NCBI GenBank assembly: GCA_021613535.1
Contig: CP075493.1
Span: 1,302,001 to 1,366,000 of the forward strand
DNA from: Adineta vaga
Taxonomy: Eukaryota; Animalia; Rotifera
Direction: 5' to 3'
DNA length: 64,000 nt
A program made the position numbers and the translations under genes. Of the stretch, positions 1 to 14,768 are shown piece after piece. The notes under the pieces are model-generated. The model searched no databases. It saw nothing but the letters and a program-made list of their open reading frames with translations, and had not been told where the DNA came from. The number at the start of each line of letters is the position of its first letter. Within the stretch, counting starts at the first letter, position 1.

Positions 1-282
1 TAAAGTAAAACAGAATAAATTGAGCTTTTTGTTTTCATCAATATTTTCTTTGATTTTCTTAGTGATTTAAGTGAAATAACTGCGATTATGAAAGAAGACG
101 TACTTGCTGCACTTCAAAATTTGAATATAATTCGTTATCAACAAGGTTCATACGTTCTTTCAGTAACAAAAGATTTATTCGATAGTTATCAAGATAAACG
201 ACGTATTCGCGTTGATTCGAAATGTTTATTTTGGACACCAAAACTATCAACTAAACAAATGAATCAACTTCAAAATAAATAA
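1..282 (+). CDS. KAT5: 3' end of MYST histone acetyltransferase, Tip60/KAT5-like (intron 5-62, last exon 63-282; gene starts before the window)
   Basis: DLSEITAIMKEDVLAALQNLNIIRYQQGSYVL...RIRVDSKCLFWTP matches the MYST C-terminus (Tip60-type IDSKCLHFTP); GT..AG intron at 5-62. Confidence 0.8.
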
Positions 283-670
283 ACAAAAAAAAATTCATTT
301 TATTGTTTATTTTACATATTGTACAGAATATATTATCATTCTGTTAGATGGATGTTTTTCTTGTCTCTGTTTATCTGAATATTGTCTCAGTACATGAATG
401 AAATAAATATTTAATCGTTTTTGAGAGAAAAAAAAGATTAGTTTTATGCTTGAATATTTTCCTAAAGGTGAGTTTTCGACGTCGATCATTATTCCAAAAC
501 CATGTGAGTGCAAATATTTTTAAATAGAGACAATTACTGATTCATTATTTATTCAAAACAAAAGATTGATATTCACCATAGATTATTCGTTTTCTCATTT
601 ACATCATTCATAGTTAAGTTTATATCACCGAAGGTAACTGTTATACAGTACAATTCATCGAATAACCAAT

Positions 671-1459
671 ATGAATTTATGGAAATTCTTATTAATAATA
701 TTTTCTCTGATAATGTTAAGTAATGTTGAATTATCTACAATTGAGATTCAAAAGGATATCACACTAACAATGAAAATTATTAAACTTGAACTTGAAGGTA
801 CAAAAATGATCTTTTAATATCCAACAAGTTTTTTCTAGTAATCAATTAATTAAAATCCAGACATATGTATCAGATACAACAGCGCATATTAATAATATTA
901 AAAAGATTATTCTAAATGCATCTGATGGATTGAAAGTTGCTATCAATGATTTAACAAATACAAGAACTGATTTTGATCCAGTTGCGTCGAATAATATCTT
1001 TGATTTGAATACGAAATATCCATTCAAGATTACAAGATGCATTGGTAAGAAAATTATCTTGTTTTTATTTTGTATTATATTTGTAATATTTTAGATGAAA
1101 TTAAAAGCATATAATACAATTACACAAGAGAAATTGATTGATTTGATGATCTCAGAATCGACTCAATTCAATGAATTGATATATTCTAGTAAAAATCTTT
1201 TGAATATAATGATACACAAGTTTCGGTAGATGTTTTACAGAATAAACTTATAGCTTTGTCTAATTTGATCGATATTCAATGTTATTTTAATAAATTCAAT
1301 TACTCGCCACAATTGTTAAAATTGATTTCAACAGTTATTGAGTCATATGATGGAATCAATATCCCAATAATAGATCTACTTGTTAGAATTCTCAATCAAC
1401 TAAATCAATACCCTGATTGTTTAAATTCTACGGTTGACGTTATCCTACTCACACAATAG
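671..1459 (+). pseudogene. Frameshifted, partly deleted paralog of the secreted helical protein gene at 3683-4603
   Basis: MNLWKFLLIIFSLIM...IQKDITLTMKIIKLELEGTK aligns with IQKKITLTSKIFKLELESTK; 1-bp deletion near 806 followed by an internal deletion; same intron position; ends NQYPDCLNSTVD versus NQCPDCLNTVID. Confidence 0.8.
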
Positions 1460-2097
1460 AAGAAACTTCATTCATAAGATGTTTTTTTGCTGTTGTTTGT
1501 TTTTGTAATTTTAACTAAACATATTTTTGAGAAAAAGATGGAGAATTCTATTCTTATAATGAACGAAGATAGTATGAAAACATTATAGGGAAGAGGTTTT
1601 CAATAGAAGTATATATGTACATGTTGTAACTTTGATCATTTAAAATACCTAATTACTATTTCATTGAATTACAAAATATTTCTGGTTTATTTGTGATTGT
1701 TCATTGAAAACTACTTCGTGAAAATATCTATACTACACTTTGCGACGAAACTTTATATAGAAATTTACATATACGGCGTGTTCATTGTACTTGTATTTGT
1801 GTGTGTGCGTGTGCGTGAAAGAGAGAGAGAAAGTTAAAAGAAACACGTTTCGTTTAGTTTGTATATAAAACAACAAATAATGTTTGGACAACAATCAGCA
1901 GATCAACAAGATTTAAGTGATATTAATACACAAGCATGTTTCATCATTAAATGTTCGTTGAAAAGGATTTTCTTTTCGGATAAGTTTATTAAATGAAAAA
2001 ATGAATGATATTCGTGCAGCTATAAACATTCGAAGATCACTCGGCTTGATGTGGTTTGATTTAGAGACGGCATTAGAAGAATGTAAAAGATTACTTG

Positions 2098-2262
2098 CCC
2101 AGGTGAATCTTGCTCTGTCGAGTTATGCCGGAATCTTTGCCACAGGATTCCGATTATCGGTTCCGACCGAATTCCTATAATTTCTCAGTGTTCTTGTCGG
2201 ATTCCGACGAAATCCGGTGAATTCCGCGTCCGAATCCTACGACAAAGGTTGTTTGACCTGGG
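2098..2262. mobile_element. MITE with CCCAGG...CCTGGG termini
   Basis: GC-rich island with terminal inverted repeat CCCAGGT/ACCTGGG, flanked by TG on both sides. Confidence 0.65.
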
Positions 2263-2400
2263 TGATGCAAAAAATTTAATATAACTCATATTAAAAGTTG
2301 TTTTAGATGAAATTCTAATGTACAGACAAGAAGCAGCACAAGAAAACTGAATGACGAGCAATTTGTATAATTGAAAATGAATGAAATGTATATATTCTTA

Positions 2401-2599
2401 CCCAGGACAATCATTCCGGTGGTTGGAAACGGCGCCTTAAACGACCGCAAACGGTTAGAAAACAGCAATTTACTGCCTTGGTTTTGACCGTATTTCTATA
2501 CATTTCTGAGTTAACGGATTACGGTGGCGTATTAGTGCTGGTTTTCGCCGTTTTCCCATCGTTTAAGGCAGTTTACGACGTCGTTTTCTTCGACCTGGG
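2401..2599. mobile_element. MITE with CCCAGG termini and TA target-site duplication
   Basis: TA-CCCAGG...CCTGGG-TA; a reverse-complement copy lies at 24278-24445. Confidence 0.8.
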
Positions 2600-2890
2600 T
2601 ACTTGATTAATAAATTATTTCAATAGATGTTCTGAGAAATTCATTTATAGGAGCAATTTATGTTTATGGTATTAGATATGATTCACTATTCGATATTGTT
2701 AACTTAACAATGTTAAGTCTTGCTTGATTTTTTCAATGTTAATAGATAAATATGGAATCTATTAATTTGAATTCAAGAAAATAGATTAATCAAGATGAAA
2801 ATGTTTACTTTTACAGTATTTATAGTAGATAAGAGATTTTGATTCACTTGGAAAATGTTGTAATGAGTGAGATTTTTCATTTAATGAACA

Positions 2891-3191
2891 GAATATCCTG
2901 CATTATCAATAAAGTAAGATAAAATTATGTACTTTCTTTCGTTGTTTTTGACAAAGATTTCTTTTTTAGTGATTTAAGTGAAATAACAGCAATTAAAGAA
3001 GAATATGTACTTGCTGCACTTCAAAATTTAAATATTATTCGTTATCAACAAGGTTCACATGTACTTTCAATAATAAAAGATTTATTCGATAGTTATCAAG
3101 ATAAACGACGTATATTCGTATTGATTCAAAATGCTTAGTATGGACACCTAAATTACCGACTAAACCAACAAATCAATTTCCGATCAAATAG
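2891..3191 (+). pseudogene. Duplicated, frameshifted KAT5 3' end
   Basis: EYPALSIN/DLSEITAIKEEYVLAALQNLNIIRYQQGSH closely matches 63-282; 2-nt insertion (cgtATattcgt) near 3112 breaks the frame; no upstream MYST exons recognisable. Confidence 0.85.
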
Positions 3192-3682
3192 AAAATTCTT
3201 TTTTTTCTATCATAAAAAAGAAAACAAGTTTTATTGTTCATTTATATATTGTATAGAATCTTTTTCGTGTACTTTATGTTCAATATTGTCTTGGTATGAA
3301 TGAATGTTTCTCTGATTTTTCTTTTTTGTTTTAAAAAAAAGACAACTTTTTCATGGTCGAATAGTTTTCTAAAGGTATATATTTATCGATTTAGTTTCGA
3401 CATCAATTGTATTTTTGTGAATAATTGAGATATAAGCAAATCTCTTTTTTCCTTCTTCGAGAAACAAATACTCCTACAATCATGTGACTAAATATTTTCT
3501 AACAAAAAAGAAATAAAACATGATTGAAAACAGAGATAGATATACGTTGACTCATTCATTCGAACAAAAGAATAGATTTTTCTATTCATATTCTGATTTA
3601 CGTCATTCATTATTAACTTTACATATTGTATGGTAAGTGCTAAACAGTACAATTGATCGAATAGTTTTCTTCAATAATCACC

Positions 3683-4603
3683 ATGACTCTATGTAAATTA
3701 TTAGTCTTATTATTGGCAATCTATTCTCTTTTACTTGCCATCTCTGTCAGCAATGCTCAATCACCATTAGTTAATATTCAAAAGAAAATCACATTAACAA
3801 GTAAAATTTTTAAACTTGAACTTGAGAGTACAAAAAATGATCTTTTAACAATAATCAATGATCTTGAACAACGAATGGGTATCAATGAAATTACGGATCA
3901 TCTCAAACAATTTCAATCGAATATTAAACAAGTTTTTAATGATTATCAATTAACTCAAATCGATACATCCATGTCCAATGAATTAACTCATATTAACAAT
4001 ATTCAATATATTGTTATGACTGCATCAGAAGGATTAAAAATTGCTCTCAATGAACTGACAAGTACTATTTCAGATTTCGACTTACTTTCATCAGACAATA
4101 TCAATGATATTAATAATAATCTCAAATCTAAATTTCAAAATGCTTTCGTAAGTAGATCTTATGTGTAGTAAAAGCAAAAATACTAAAATTAATTGCGTAT
4201 ATTTTAGATGATATTATTTGCATTTCATACTATGATTAATGAGAAATTAGTTGATTTGGTTTTTGTAGAAGCGATGAAATTCGATGAAATTATGAATGTA
4301 ACTCGACATGCTTTTGAACATGATGATACACAAACATCTTCACAAATTTTACAAAATAAAATCATTGCTTTGAATGATTTAGTTACGATTCAATATTCTT
4401 TTAATCAACTAATGAATTCAATTCGTCCATCAATGTTCAATTTCATGTCAACAACAATGGAAACATATTCGGGACTTCTCGATTCAATAATTCCTTTATT
4501 TTCTGAAATTCTCATTCAGACAAATCAATGTCCGGATTGTTTGAACACTGTAATTGACACTAAATCTGATGATCTGAGTTTACAATCAAATAAATTTCTT
4601 TGA
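3683..4603 (+). CDS. Secreted alpha-helical protein of unknown function (~286 aa; exons 3683-4147 and 4208-4603)
   Basis: Hydrophobic signal peptide MTLCKLLVLLLAIYSLLLAISVSNA; phase-0 GTAAGT..TTTTAG intron; amphipathic helical character; C-terminal CPDC. Confidence 0.75.
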
Positions 4604-4989
4604 TTTCTTTTGTTGTGCGTTATTGTAATCAATAAAAACGTTTCAATATAAATCTTTTTTTCTCCAGAAGATATTTGTTACTCTTGCATTGCGGAGTTTG
4701 TTGTTGAAATAATGGAATTTATTTCAGCTTATTTTATTTTAAAAATTCACACATTTGAATCTATGAGTTACTCATTTTTATTCAGAGAACAGTGTAAAAC
4801 AATCGTGACACGAAAATGCAATATAAATCGTCGCGTAAACTAATGCCCTCTAATGTCGCATTATATCAATGCATTTGATCCAATATTTATCTCTTTCTAT
4901 ATATGATACATGCTCTACATATTTATTCATTGTTCTCTAATTCTTTAACGCTTTCAATCACTTTAAGTCAATTTATTTATCATTTCATC

Positions 4990-6314
<1,325 letters not shown>

Positions 6315-6839
6315 ATATCTTTTGAAAAAGAAAAACAATACGACATGTTGATATTGTATAGAAAGATTATCTCTATTTTGTAAATGTATAATTGATAGAT
6401 TGATCTTAGAAAGATCGTTATGTTTATTAAATAAATAATCATTATGATATATTTGTTTAATTCTATTTTCTATTTCTTCTAGATAATTTCAAACATAGGA
6501 AAAAGTTTAATAGACATCGTAAGCATGACCCGGCAAAATTGGATATTACGCAACGATGAAATTTTCAGTTTGCATAGGCATAGGTTTCACACATTCTCAA
6601 GAAAATCGTCGCTATGAATCATCGAATGATTCAATATCGATTGTCTAAGAGAGACATCTAGAAGATTCTTGAGAATGACGAGAGAAAATGCACATATAAT
6701 ATTGCTTTTTTCTCGTGTTAAGTGAGTATGTCTAAATTTCCTTTATTTGTAATCATTGCTGTCAATCTGATACATATAGAGAAGTTTTTTTTGTAAATTC
6801 TTATTGTAGATTTTGTGATTTTTCTAATTAACAAAAAAA

Positions 6840-8894
6840 ATGCATATTACAGTAGCGAAATTCGGTGGTTCAGAAAATGTTTTAACAGTCGAAATTGCAT
6901 CAGATCTTTCACTGAAAGATTTAAAAGCTGTGATCGAAGCTGAATCTGATTTTGGCATAAAAGCAGATGACATGGGTCTTTATTATGAAGGTACTATCGG
7001 AATGAAACATTTTGATTTTTTGACCAATAAATTTGATTATTCTAGGAAAATTATTGCAAGATGAAAATAAAACACTTGAACAATGTAAATTCAATGATTA
7101 TGATCTTATAACTTGTCAACGATCACGGTGTAAGTTTGTTTTCTAAAAGATTAAAACCTAGAACTGCTCATATTTGATTCGATTTAATCGTGATCTCTAG
7201 TCAACTAAAGTATTTACCCAGACATGATCTTCTCAGTCAGTATGATGTTTATTTGACTCAAACAATTTTGTTTTGTTGACAATCGGATTTAGAAAAGTTT
7301 CATTGAATCAATTAAAAATAATGATTGTATTCTATTTCCAGCTGCTGATGTTTCAAATCACGGAGCAAGTGGCACGGCACGTCGAAATTTGAATCGTATG
7401 TATTTTATAATGAAAAAAATTCCAGTTGAATTTCATTTTCTTATAGCACGTGATCCTCGTCAACTTTTCGAAATGGTTCGTTCCAATCCTGAAATGTTTC
7501 AACAAGTTCGTCAAAATTCTCCTCAATTAGCTGATGCTATTCAACGTGGTGATTATGGTATGAAAAAATCTTCGTCAAACCTCAAAGATCAATCATATTT
7601 GTCTTACTTTAGATACTTTCATGCAACATATCAGTGCTCAATCACCTGAAATGCAACAACAAATGGAACTTCAACGACTTGCTAGTCTTGACCCATTTGA
7701 TCCGGATGTTCAACGACGTATTCATGATATTATTAAGTAAATTCGAAATCGATTATTTATCGAAAGTTTTATTGTTATAAATTTAGTATGCAAAATGTTC
7801 AAGAAAATATGGAACATGCTGTTGAACATGCACCAGAAGTCTTTGGTCATGTTGTTATGCTTTATATTAATTGTAAAGTAAATGGTCATGTTGTGAAAGC
7901 ATTTGTTGATTCCGGTGCTCAAATGACAATAATGAGTCAAGCTTGTGCAGAACGTTGTGGAATTATGCGTCTTGCAGATCGACGTTTCAGTGGTATTGCC
8001 AAAGGCGTTGGTACACAAAAAATTCTCGGTCGAATTCATTTAGGTTTGATTATTTGTCTTTATCAATTTCCCTGTAGATTTAATTTCATTTTAGCTCAAC
8101 TTGAAATTGAAAAACATTATTTTGCTACCTCATTATCTGTCCTAGAAGATCAACCAATGGATATGTTATTAGGACTTGATATGCTTCGACGTCATCAAGT
8201 AATTGAATTTGATTGAATATGTAAATATGTCTTTCAATTCCTTTTTAGTGCGTTCTTGATCTCGATAAAAATGTTCTTCGAATTGCTAATAGTGTTGAAA
8301 CAAGTTTTCTACCTGAATCCGAATTACCATATCATGCAAGATTATCTGGAGGCCAAACGGAAATAGAAGATCACGATTTCGTAAAACCTGGTAAATATTT
8401 TTCATTCTTCTTTTCATCATTTGAACGTATCAGCGCATTTAATTAACTTCAAGCATTCGAGTCGTTTCTATCGCCAATCATTGCGATAAATAACTAGAAA
8501 GTTATATTTATCTTAGAATCTTCAGCACAGCAGACAACAAAGAGAATTCGATGCAAGTAGATATGCTCTCTGTTTGTGATTCTTTTTTCTTTTTCATAAC
8601 CATTTGTTTGTGTAACGTCCGATTTATATTAGTCATTCAGTAGAATTCAATGAAACATTGTGATAACAAATATATTCTTATTTTTTAGCTGATGATCAGC
8701 AACAGCGATCAACAACTACTAGTTCTTCAACATCATCATCTTCCTTTTCAGAAGATGCTATAAAACATATAACAAAAGGTGGATTTACAAGAGAACAAGC
8801 TTTAGAAGAATTAAAAGTAACAAATGGTGATCCTACGAAAGCACTTGTTTCTCTAATGGCAAAATCTTTATCAATGCCGAAACGAAAACGTTAA
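6840..8894 (+). CDS. DDI1: DNA damage-inducible protein 1/2 (UBL, helical domain, retroviral-like aspartic protease, UBA)
   Basis: N-terminal UBL; [35 protein letters not shown]...[11 protein letters not shown]; C-terminal UBA-like [29 protein letters not shown]. Confidence 0.93.
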
Positions 8895-9272
8895 TATATC
8901 AATGATTCTTATGTATATATATACTAAAGATAAAGACTAATACTGTTTTCTTTTCTTCTTATGCTTCAAGCAAATTTTTTGTCAACTAAAAGGGGAATAT
9001 TCCAGAGTCATTCAATCTTATAAAATGAAATTGCATTTTCTTTCATATATCTATTAAATTAGTAAATCGTTTTCTACTGATAAATATGTATTCAGTAACG
9101 AAAGAAGTATTTACGAAAATAATGCAGATGTTTTGTTGATATCGGTTACAGTTATAACCAATTTATGTGATGTTTAAAGATGCGGAAGATTATCATCCTT
9201 CCACTGCAAAATATTCCTAGTTAGGAATGACAGTATTGCTGTTATCATCGATGTGAAACTAGCAAGATGAGG

Positions 9273-9443
9273 AGCTAGCGCCATAGATTCAAACCAATTC
9301 CGACTCCTAAACGGTACATTGCCCATGGTCGGGGACTGCATGAGAGTGTAGCGAACAGCTGTTTGAGCACTATAATTTAGTCTCCAATCTCTAGCAATAT
9401 ATCGTTCATAAGTTGGAACTTGTTTAAATCCATGGTGCTAGCT
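9273..9443. mobile_element. MITE-like element with ~40-bp imperfect terminal inverted repeats
   Basis: Left end AGCTAGCGCCATAGATTCAAACCAATTCC versus reverse complement of right end AGCTAGCACCATGGATTTAAACAAGTTCC. Confidence 0.6.
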
Positions 9444-9969
9444 TTACATCGATATCAGGATAAAGTCCTTTATTCAGCTCGTCTATACAAATTTTTTTAG
9501 ATGATCAAATTAACTGCATCGATTAAAACACAATCAAAAAAAGAAATAAGAATCATTTCTCACCATTTTTGCACGAAATACGCTTGATTTCGTATCATAG
9601 TTGTTACTAATACTAATCCTTTTCCAGGGTAAGTCACATACACGAACATCAAGTACTTTTAAGTACATATATTCGAATGGAAAGATCGATCACTTCCTAC
9701 TTTACACATATCGTTAATATTAAATAAATTTCTTTTTTTTTAGAATTTAATCAATTTAAATGCTTAAAATGTCGCATTTTCAAAACAAGTGACAAAGAAG
9801 AATGGCTGCGCTATATAAACAAGTATCATAACAAGTAAATCGGATATCTGATAAGGTAATATTGTCTCTTAAAATATTTTCTGAATCTTTAAGGACGACG
9901 ACGAAGTTAGTATTAATGGCTTACCACGCTCCAAACTTAAATCATTTTTTTCATCAACAACGACAAGTA

Positions 9970-10238
9970 ACCGGCTTCATTCTAAATCCGCCTAAAACCG
10001 TACTGCGGAACTTGTCGTATACTATCGGCAGATCAGAAAGCTAATTCAGATCCCGCAGCAGGAATTCTCGGGAAAATAACGTTTCCTGTAGAACACAGCT
10101 GTCTTTTCGAGAATAACTCACTTGAGCACTAATGAAAAATTATATTTTGGAAGTTTTTCGGATTCGCAAGTTCCCACCCGTTTCCGGTGGGATACGACCG
10201 GAAGAGCTGTGATTCCGACCCGTACGGTCCGACCTGGG
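9970..10238. mobile_element. Degenerate member of the CCCAGG/CCTGGG MITE family (left end not identifiable)
   Basis: GC-rich; ends ...CCGACCTGGG-TA like the elements ending at 2262 and 2599. Confidence 0.45.
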
Positions 10239-11255
10239 TACTTTCGTTTTAGGATCAATAAACTGATATACAGCAGCAAATGATCGTTCTTCTAAATAAC
10301 TGGTTGGCCAAAAAGATTTTTCATGATCAGTACAAACAGGCCGTCAATCAAATTTTACATTAACAGTTATTTTTTCTATGGACTAAATAAAACGTTTATC
10401 TCTTTGTCTTGGGGTCATAATTGATCAGATTTCGATTATCATTTTAAGTTTAATCATGAATAGGTAGAAATGATATTGATGAAGATGTTCTCAATTATAC
10501 AAGAGTTGTAGAGAATATCGAGGTTATATTTGATTTAGAGATATGAAAATACTTACTGTGTTATAGACTTGTTGACGATAAAATGATTACAAAAACTGTT
10601 TACGTTAAAAGATAGAAGTTGAATAAGCAGGTGATGACTGTGAATATTCTTTAAGATTTTCTCAAATGATATAAAGAAAAAGATCTTTTATATGAGCTTG
10701 GTGGAGAATACATTAGACTAAAAATTATCTTTTTGAGGTCAAAGAAACCTATTCTTTTTCTTATGTATTTATCTACCTACAAAAATGATCAATATATGCT
10801 TTCGGTGCATATATTCGTCATTGAAAGTCACACCATCAAAAATGGTTGCTGAACACACATTTACGAAAAATTTCATTCTTAAGAACTTCAGATGGTTTAT
10901 ATGGATGATACACATCTCATGGATTTTTTTTGTAATAATATTGGTTTCGATGAAGATACTTTCGTTCTGTTCCGCATAGATCACTAGTTTTCAATATGAA
11001 ATATCTATAAATATATTGAGTCGATTGGTGCGCATAGTGGTTACATTCGGTATATATCTGTACATTTGAATAATAGAGAAAAAAAACAGTATGACTATTT
11101 CGTGACCTCTATGGCCACTCTTTTTTATTAGAAAAGTATCATGCGTCAGATATGCACTTCAATGATACATCTGTCTGTTTTCTTTAATCATACGACTAGT
11201 TGCCTGTTCTATATAGCGTACACTCATACTCGTATTCATTAAGATATAGAGAACA

Positions 11256-11980
11256 ATGTCCATATCAATATTCGAAAGAAGTCCTCCTGATGAAATTATT
11301 CTTAATATTTGCCAATATTTATCATGGATGGATATTATGATTGCATTTTATAATCTCAATTCTCGTTTTAATCGAACTGTTAGTAGTTATTTAAAACATG
11401 TGTGCATTGGAAATGATTGTGAATTAAAACAATTTCAATCGGTTTGTTCTCTGCTTCTTTCTCATCGATCATTTTTACTTGATCATATACAAACTTTGGC
11501 AAATAGTAATCAATGAAATGTTTTCTTCTTGAAACATTAACATTGATTGCATCTAATGGTAATGAAATACTTTCATATCTAGGTGTTATCGAAAATGCTG
11601 ATAAAAAGAAGTTTCAATATCTTGTTACACTTTATATTTATGATTCACAGTATACCAGTAATTTCATCGTGCATAGCTTTCGTGGTAACCATAATCAATC
11701 GAATGCTGACAGGTAATAATTACCGTTTAAAATCAGTCATGAAGGACGGTGACTATATGTGTATGTAAGTACTTTGCTTCATTTATGATCTTTAAAAGGA
11801 GTCTTATTGAAATTTACATCTAATTATCGTGAGTGATCTAAAAGATCAAGGATATTGTATTCATAAATATGTGAAAGATTTATTTTATTCTGTAATAGGA
11901 CGACTAATCTTAATCAAATTCAACAACCGTGCGTTAACCTACATACATTATCAGTTTCGTTATTGTCGACATCATGACTA
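11256..11980 (+). pseudogene. F-box domain gene, frameshifted
   Basis: MSISIFERSPPDEIILNICQYLSWMDIMIAFYNLNSRFN is F-box-like; reading frame is broken into several short ORFs. Confidence 0.7.
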
Positions 11981-12128
11981 AAACAATATTTCATCTTTTG
12001 TTTAATTAGTTCGACAATAGAAGGACTGATTTATCAATCTTAATTGTTAAATATTTTATTATTCAGAAAAATTCACTTAATCTTTCTGAGATAAAGTATC
12101 AGATAATCAGTTGAAAAAAGGTTTACAT

Positions 12129-13016
12129 TCAATGAAATGATGATAAACTCGTTTTTTGTTGTTTTTCCCAGATATCAACTCCAGAGAGATAAGTCGTCTG
12201 TGAAACAGGTAATGTATTCAAACGATTATTTTCACTAAGAGAAACAGATTTGTTCTTCTTGCTGTGAGTATCATTGGAACTTGTTTCCGTAGAAAAATAC
12301 GATTGCAATGAAGATCTTGGAAGTAGAAGAAACAAATTTTTGTTATTCATCATATTGGAAGATTTTGAGCTTATATTACAATCAGAAATAGTTTTTAATT
12401 CTTTACGTTGTGATGATGTATTTGTTGACGCAGAAATTTCTGTCATATTTGAAGATCGATGATTGTGCTTCATATATTTTCGACATGATGCCAGAGGACT
12501 TTCATCACTGAATGATGTTGAATAATGACTTGAACGTGATACAGTTGTCATCGGTAATAAGGTATTCTTATTTTTTGAAAATTGTTGATATTCATCTTCA
12601 TATCGAAATGTTCGAGGTCGCGAACGTAAATATTTGTAAACTCCAACTATAACACCACAACAAGCAAGCGAACTAATACTAATAGTACCAAGTAAAAGCC
12701 AATATCTTAAACATTCTGCAAATAATATTTTTCCAACGGTTGTTTCTAAACACTCATCTGTAAAACGATAAATTACAATAGATGTTACAATTGAAAATAT
12801 GAATAACCATAATGAATAAAGAGTTATCCGACATGATGATTGTTGTCGTTTTACTAATTTTTCATTCTGTAATCTTAGACGATCATGCAATGCCCAATAG
12901 TTATATGGATGAGGATGATTTTTTTGTAATAGTAAAGTAGTTGGTCTTTTTAATGGCAGATTATCAGGTGTCATTAAGACGATCGAAGCTGATAAAGAAG
13001 GTACTGATGATCGCAT
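12129..13016 (-). CDS. Two-transmembrane protein with Ser-rich cytoplasmic tail, unknown function (295 aa)
   Basis: Long uninterrupted ORF in AT-rich DNA; two hydrophobic segments flanking a short loop with two Cys. Confidence 0.7.
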   Translation of the reverse strand: MRSSVPSLSASIVLMTPDNLPLKRPTTLLLQKNHPHPYNYWALHDRLRLQNEKLVKRQQSSCRITLYSLWLFIFSIVTSIVIYRFTDECLETTVGKILFAECLRYWLLLGTISISSLACCGVIVGVYKYLRSRPRTFRYEDEYQQFSKNKNTLLPMTTVSRSSHYSTSFSDESPLASCRKYMKHNHRSSNMTEISASTNTSSQRKELKTISDCNISSKSSNMMNNKNLFLLLPRSSLQSYFSTETSSNDTHSKKNKSVSLSENNRLNTLPVSQTTYLSGVDIWEKQQKTSLSSFH

Positions 13017-14654
13017 GAATAATATGTAACAGCACAGTTGGATGATTAATAAGTGTCTGTTAACGTTAATAGCATATGTTCTTTGTCAGTCAAGTTTTAA
13101 TAGAGGAAAAGAGAATTATAAAATATTATCTGTATGAATATTAAGAATAACATATAATCGATACAAATTGATTGAGAATGTGCATTGACAGAATCCATAT
13201 GAAAAAAGATGTGACACCTAATTTTAGTTGATAAAAATTAAGGAGAATATTGATAAGAATGATGCTCAGAAATACAGAGAAATCACAAGAGACAGATTAG
13301 TAAAGCAATTGTATACCAAAAAAAGAACGCCATGTAATTTACAAATAATAATAAATAAAAGTACATGAATCATCTGATATAATCCTAGACATGTACCTGT
13401 ATATTCATTTTTACATTTTAAGTACGTTTCAAGAAAACGTAACGAGTAAATCAACTAGAGTATTTATATAAGAAAATTTCTTTATTTATTGTCCTTGTTC
13501 TTTACACATAAACAATACAATTTGTATGTTCGATCATTAATAATTACCTTGCAATAATTGCCTTCGTTTAAAGTAATAAAGTGCGTTTGTAGGCGAAAGT
13601 CTATCGCTTCCAATAAACACATATTCATTTATGTGGCAATTTCAATAAGAAATACACTAAGATATGAAAAAAATGAAAATAAAATAATAAAATATCTTAT
13701 TCTATAGATTTATTTTTTCTTATCAATGATCTCTTGATTGTATATACATTCATCTGAGACAATTCATTACTATATTTTCATATATTGAAGTCGATATACG
13801 AATCCCGAATGACATTGATATGTTCGACTTTACTATATATTTAGTAATGTACAATTAGGTCATGCTGCTCTAAAGATATCGATTATTTAGTAAATTCGTT
13901 GATAAATTATTAAAAAGCAAGAACATTTTATTATTTATTTTCGATAAATTGAGATACTTTATTGATTGTTTACAATAAATTATTGATTGAGGAGAATCTC
14001 TCTTTGTCTCAATATTTTTTCAGTCAGAGAGTAAATTTTCTAATTTCCTCACAATTGATTATGCTAATCGTCTCTTGCGCATTTCTATAGTATCAATATA
14101 TCTATATATATATATTGAACACACCCGATTAATCTCTTCATTCTAATGCCAGATTAGATATAATCATTCATCATATTCAAAGTATCATTTTCTTTTTCTT
14201 TTGCACATCCACGATCTACTATAAGAATTAGTAGTCTAGTCTTTCTTATTTGTATTGTTCTTCTTCTGAGTGATCGATGATGCGATTAGAAATAGAAATA
14301 AAAAAGAGCAACTGAACATTATCATTCCATTTGAAACTCTAAAGAAGAACAGTTAAGTGGTTTAAATAAAGAATCATAACTGTTGTTTTCCATTAAGTAA
14401 TGATACTTCTGTATTCGTGCATACAATTGATCATTTAATTCGATTAGAAAGATCTATCCTTGAAAAAACTCTACACACATGGAATACGTATGTACATACA
14501 TTTCTTCCATATTGATCAACATAACTTATCTATGTTTTCTACACACACATATATATATGTATATATCATTGGCATTAAAAAAAGGTTATCCGAGCAATTA
14601 TCGACAGACAGTGTTATGTGTTTTACTAGACTCTATCTTTTCAGTACAAGAAAC

Positions 14655-14700
14655 AACAACAAAAAGAAGAAGAAGAAGAAGAAAAAAAGATGAAGAAGAA
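14655..14700. repeat. (AAC)n/(AAG)n microsatellite
   Basis: aacaacaacaaaaagaagaagaagaagaagaaaaaaagatgaagaagaa. Confidence 0.7.
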
Positions 14701-14768
14701 TAAAAGAATATATATGTATGTATATAAGATTATATACAATGATATGTAAAATGGAAAATTAAATCAAA

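Larger units (their letters stand above)
1880..2720 (+). pseudogene. Degenerate intron-containing gene fragment of unknown identity, interrupted by two MITEs
   Basis: MFGQQSADQQDLSDINTQ and LLNEKMNDIRAAINIRRSLGLMWFDLETALEECKRLL read like coding sequence with intron-like gaps, followed by stops. Confidence 0.35.

Noticed and set aside
7788-8216. Retroviral protease suggesting an LTR retroelement
   Set aside because: The DSGAQ motif is the RVP domain of the intron-containing host gene DDI1.
14460-14703. ORFs with poly-K/poly-R tails
   Set aside because: Translations of an AAG microsatellite in the 3' region of the minus-strand gene.
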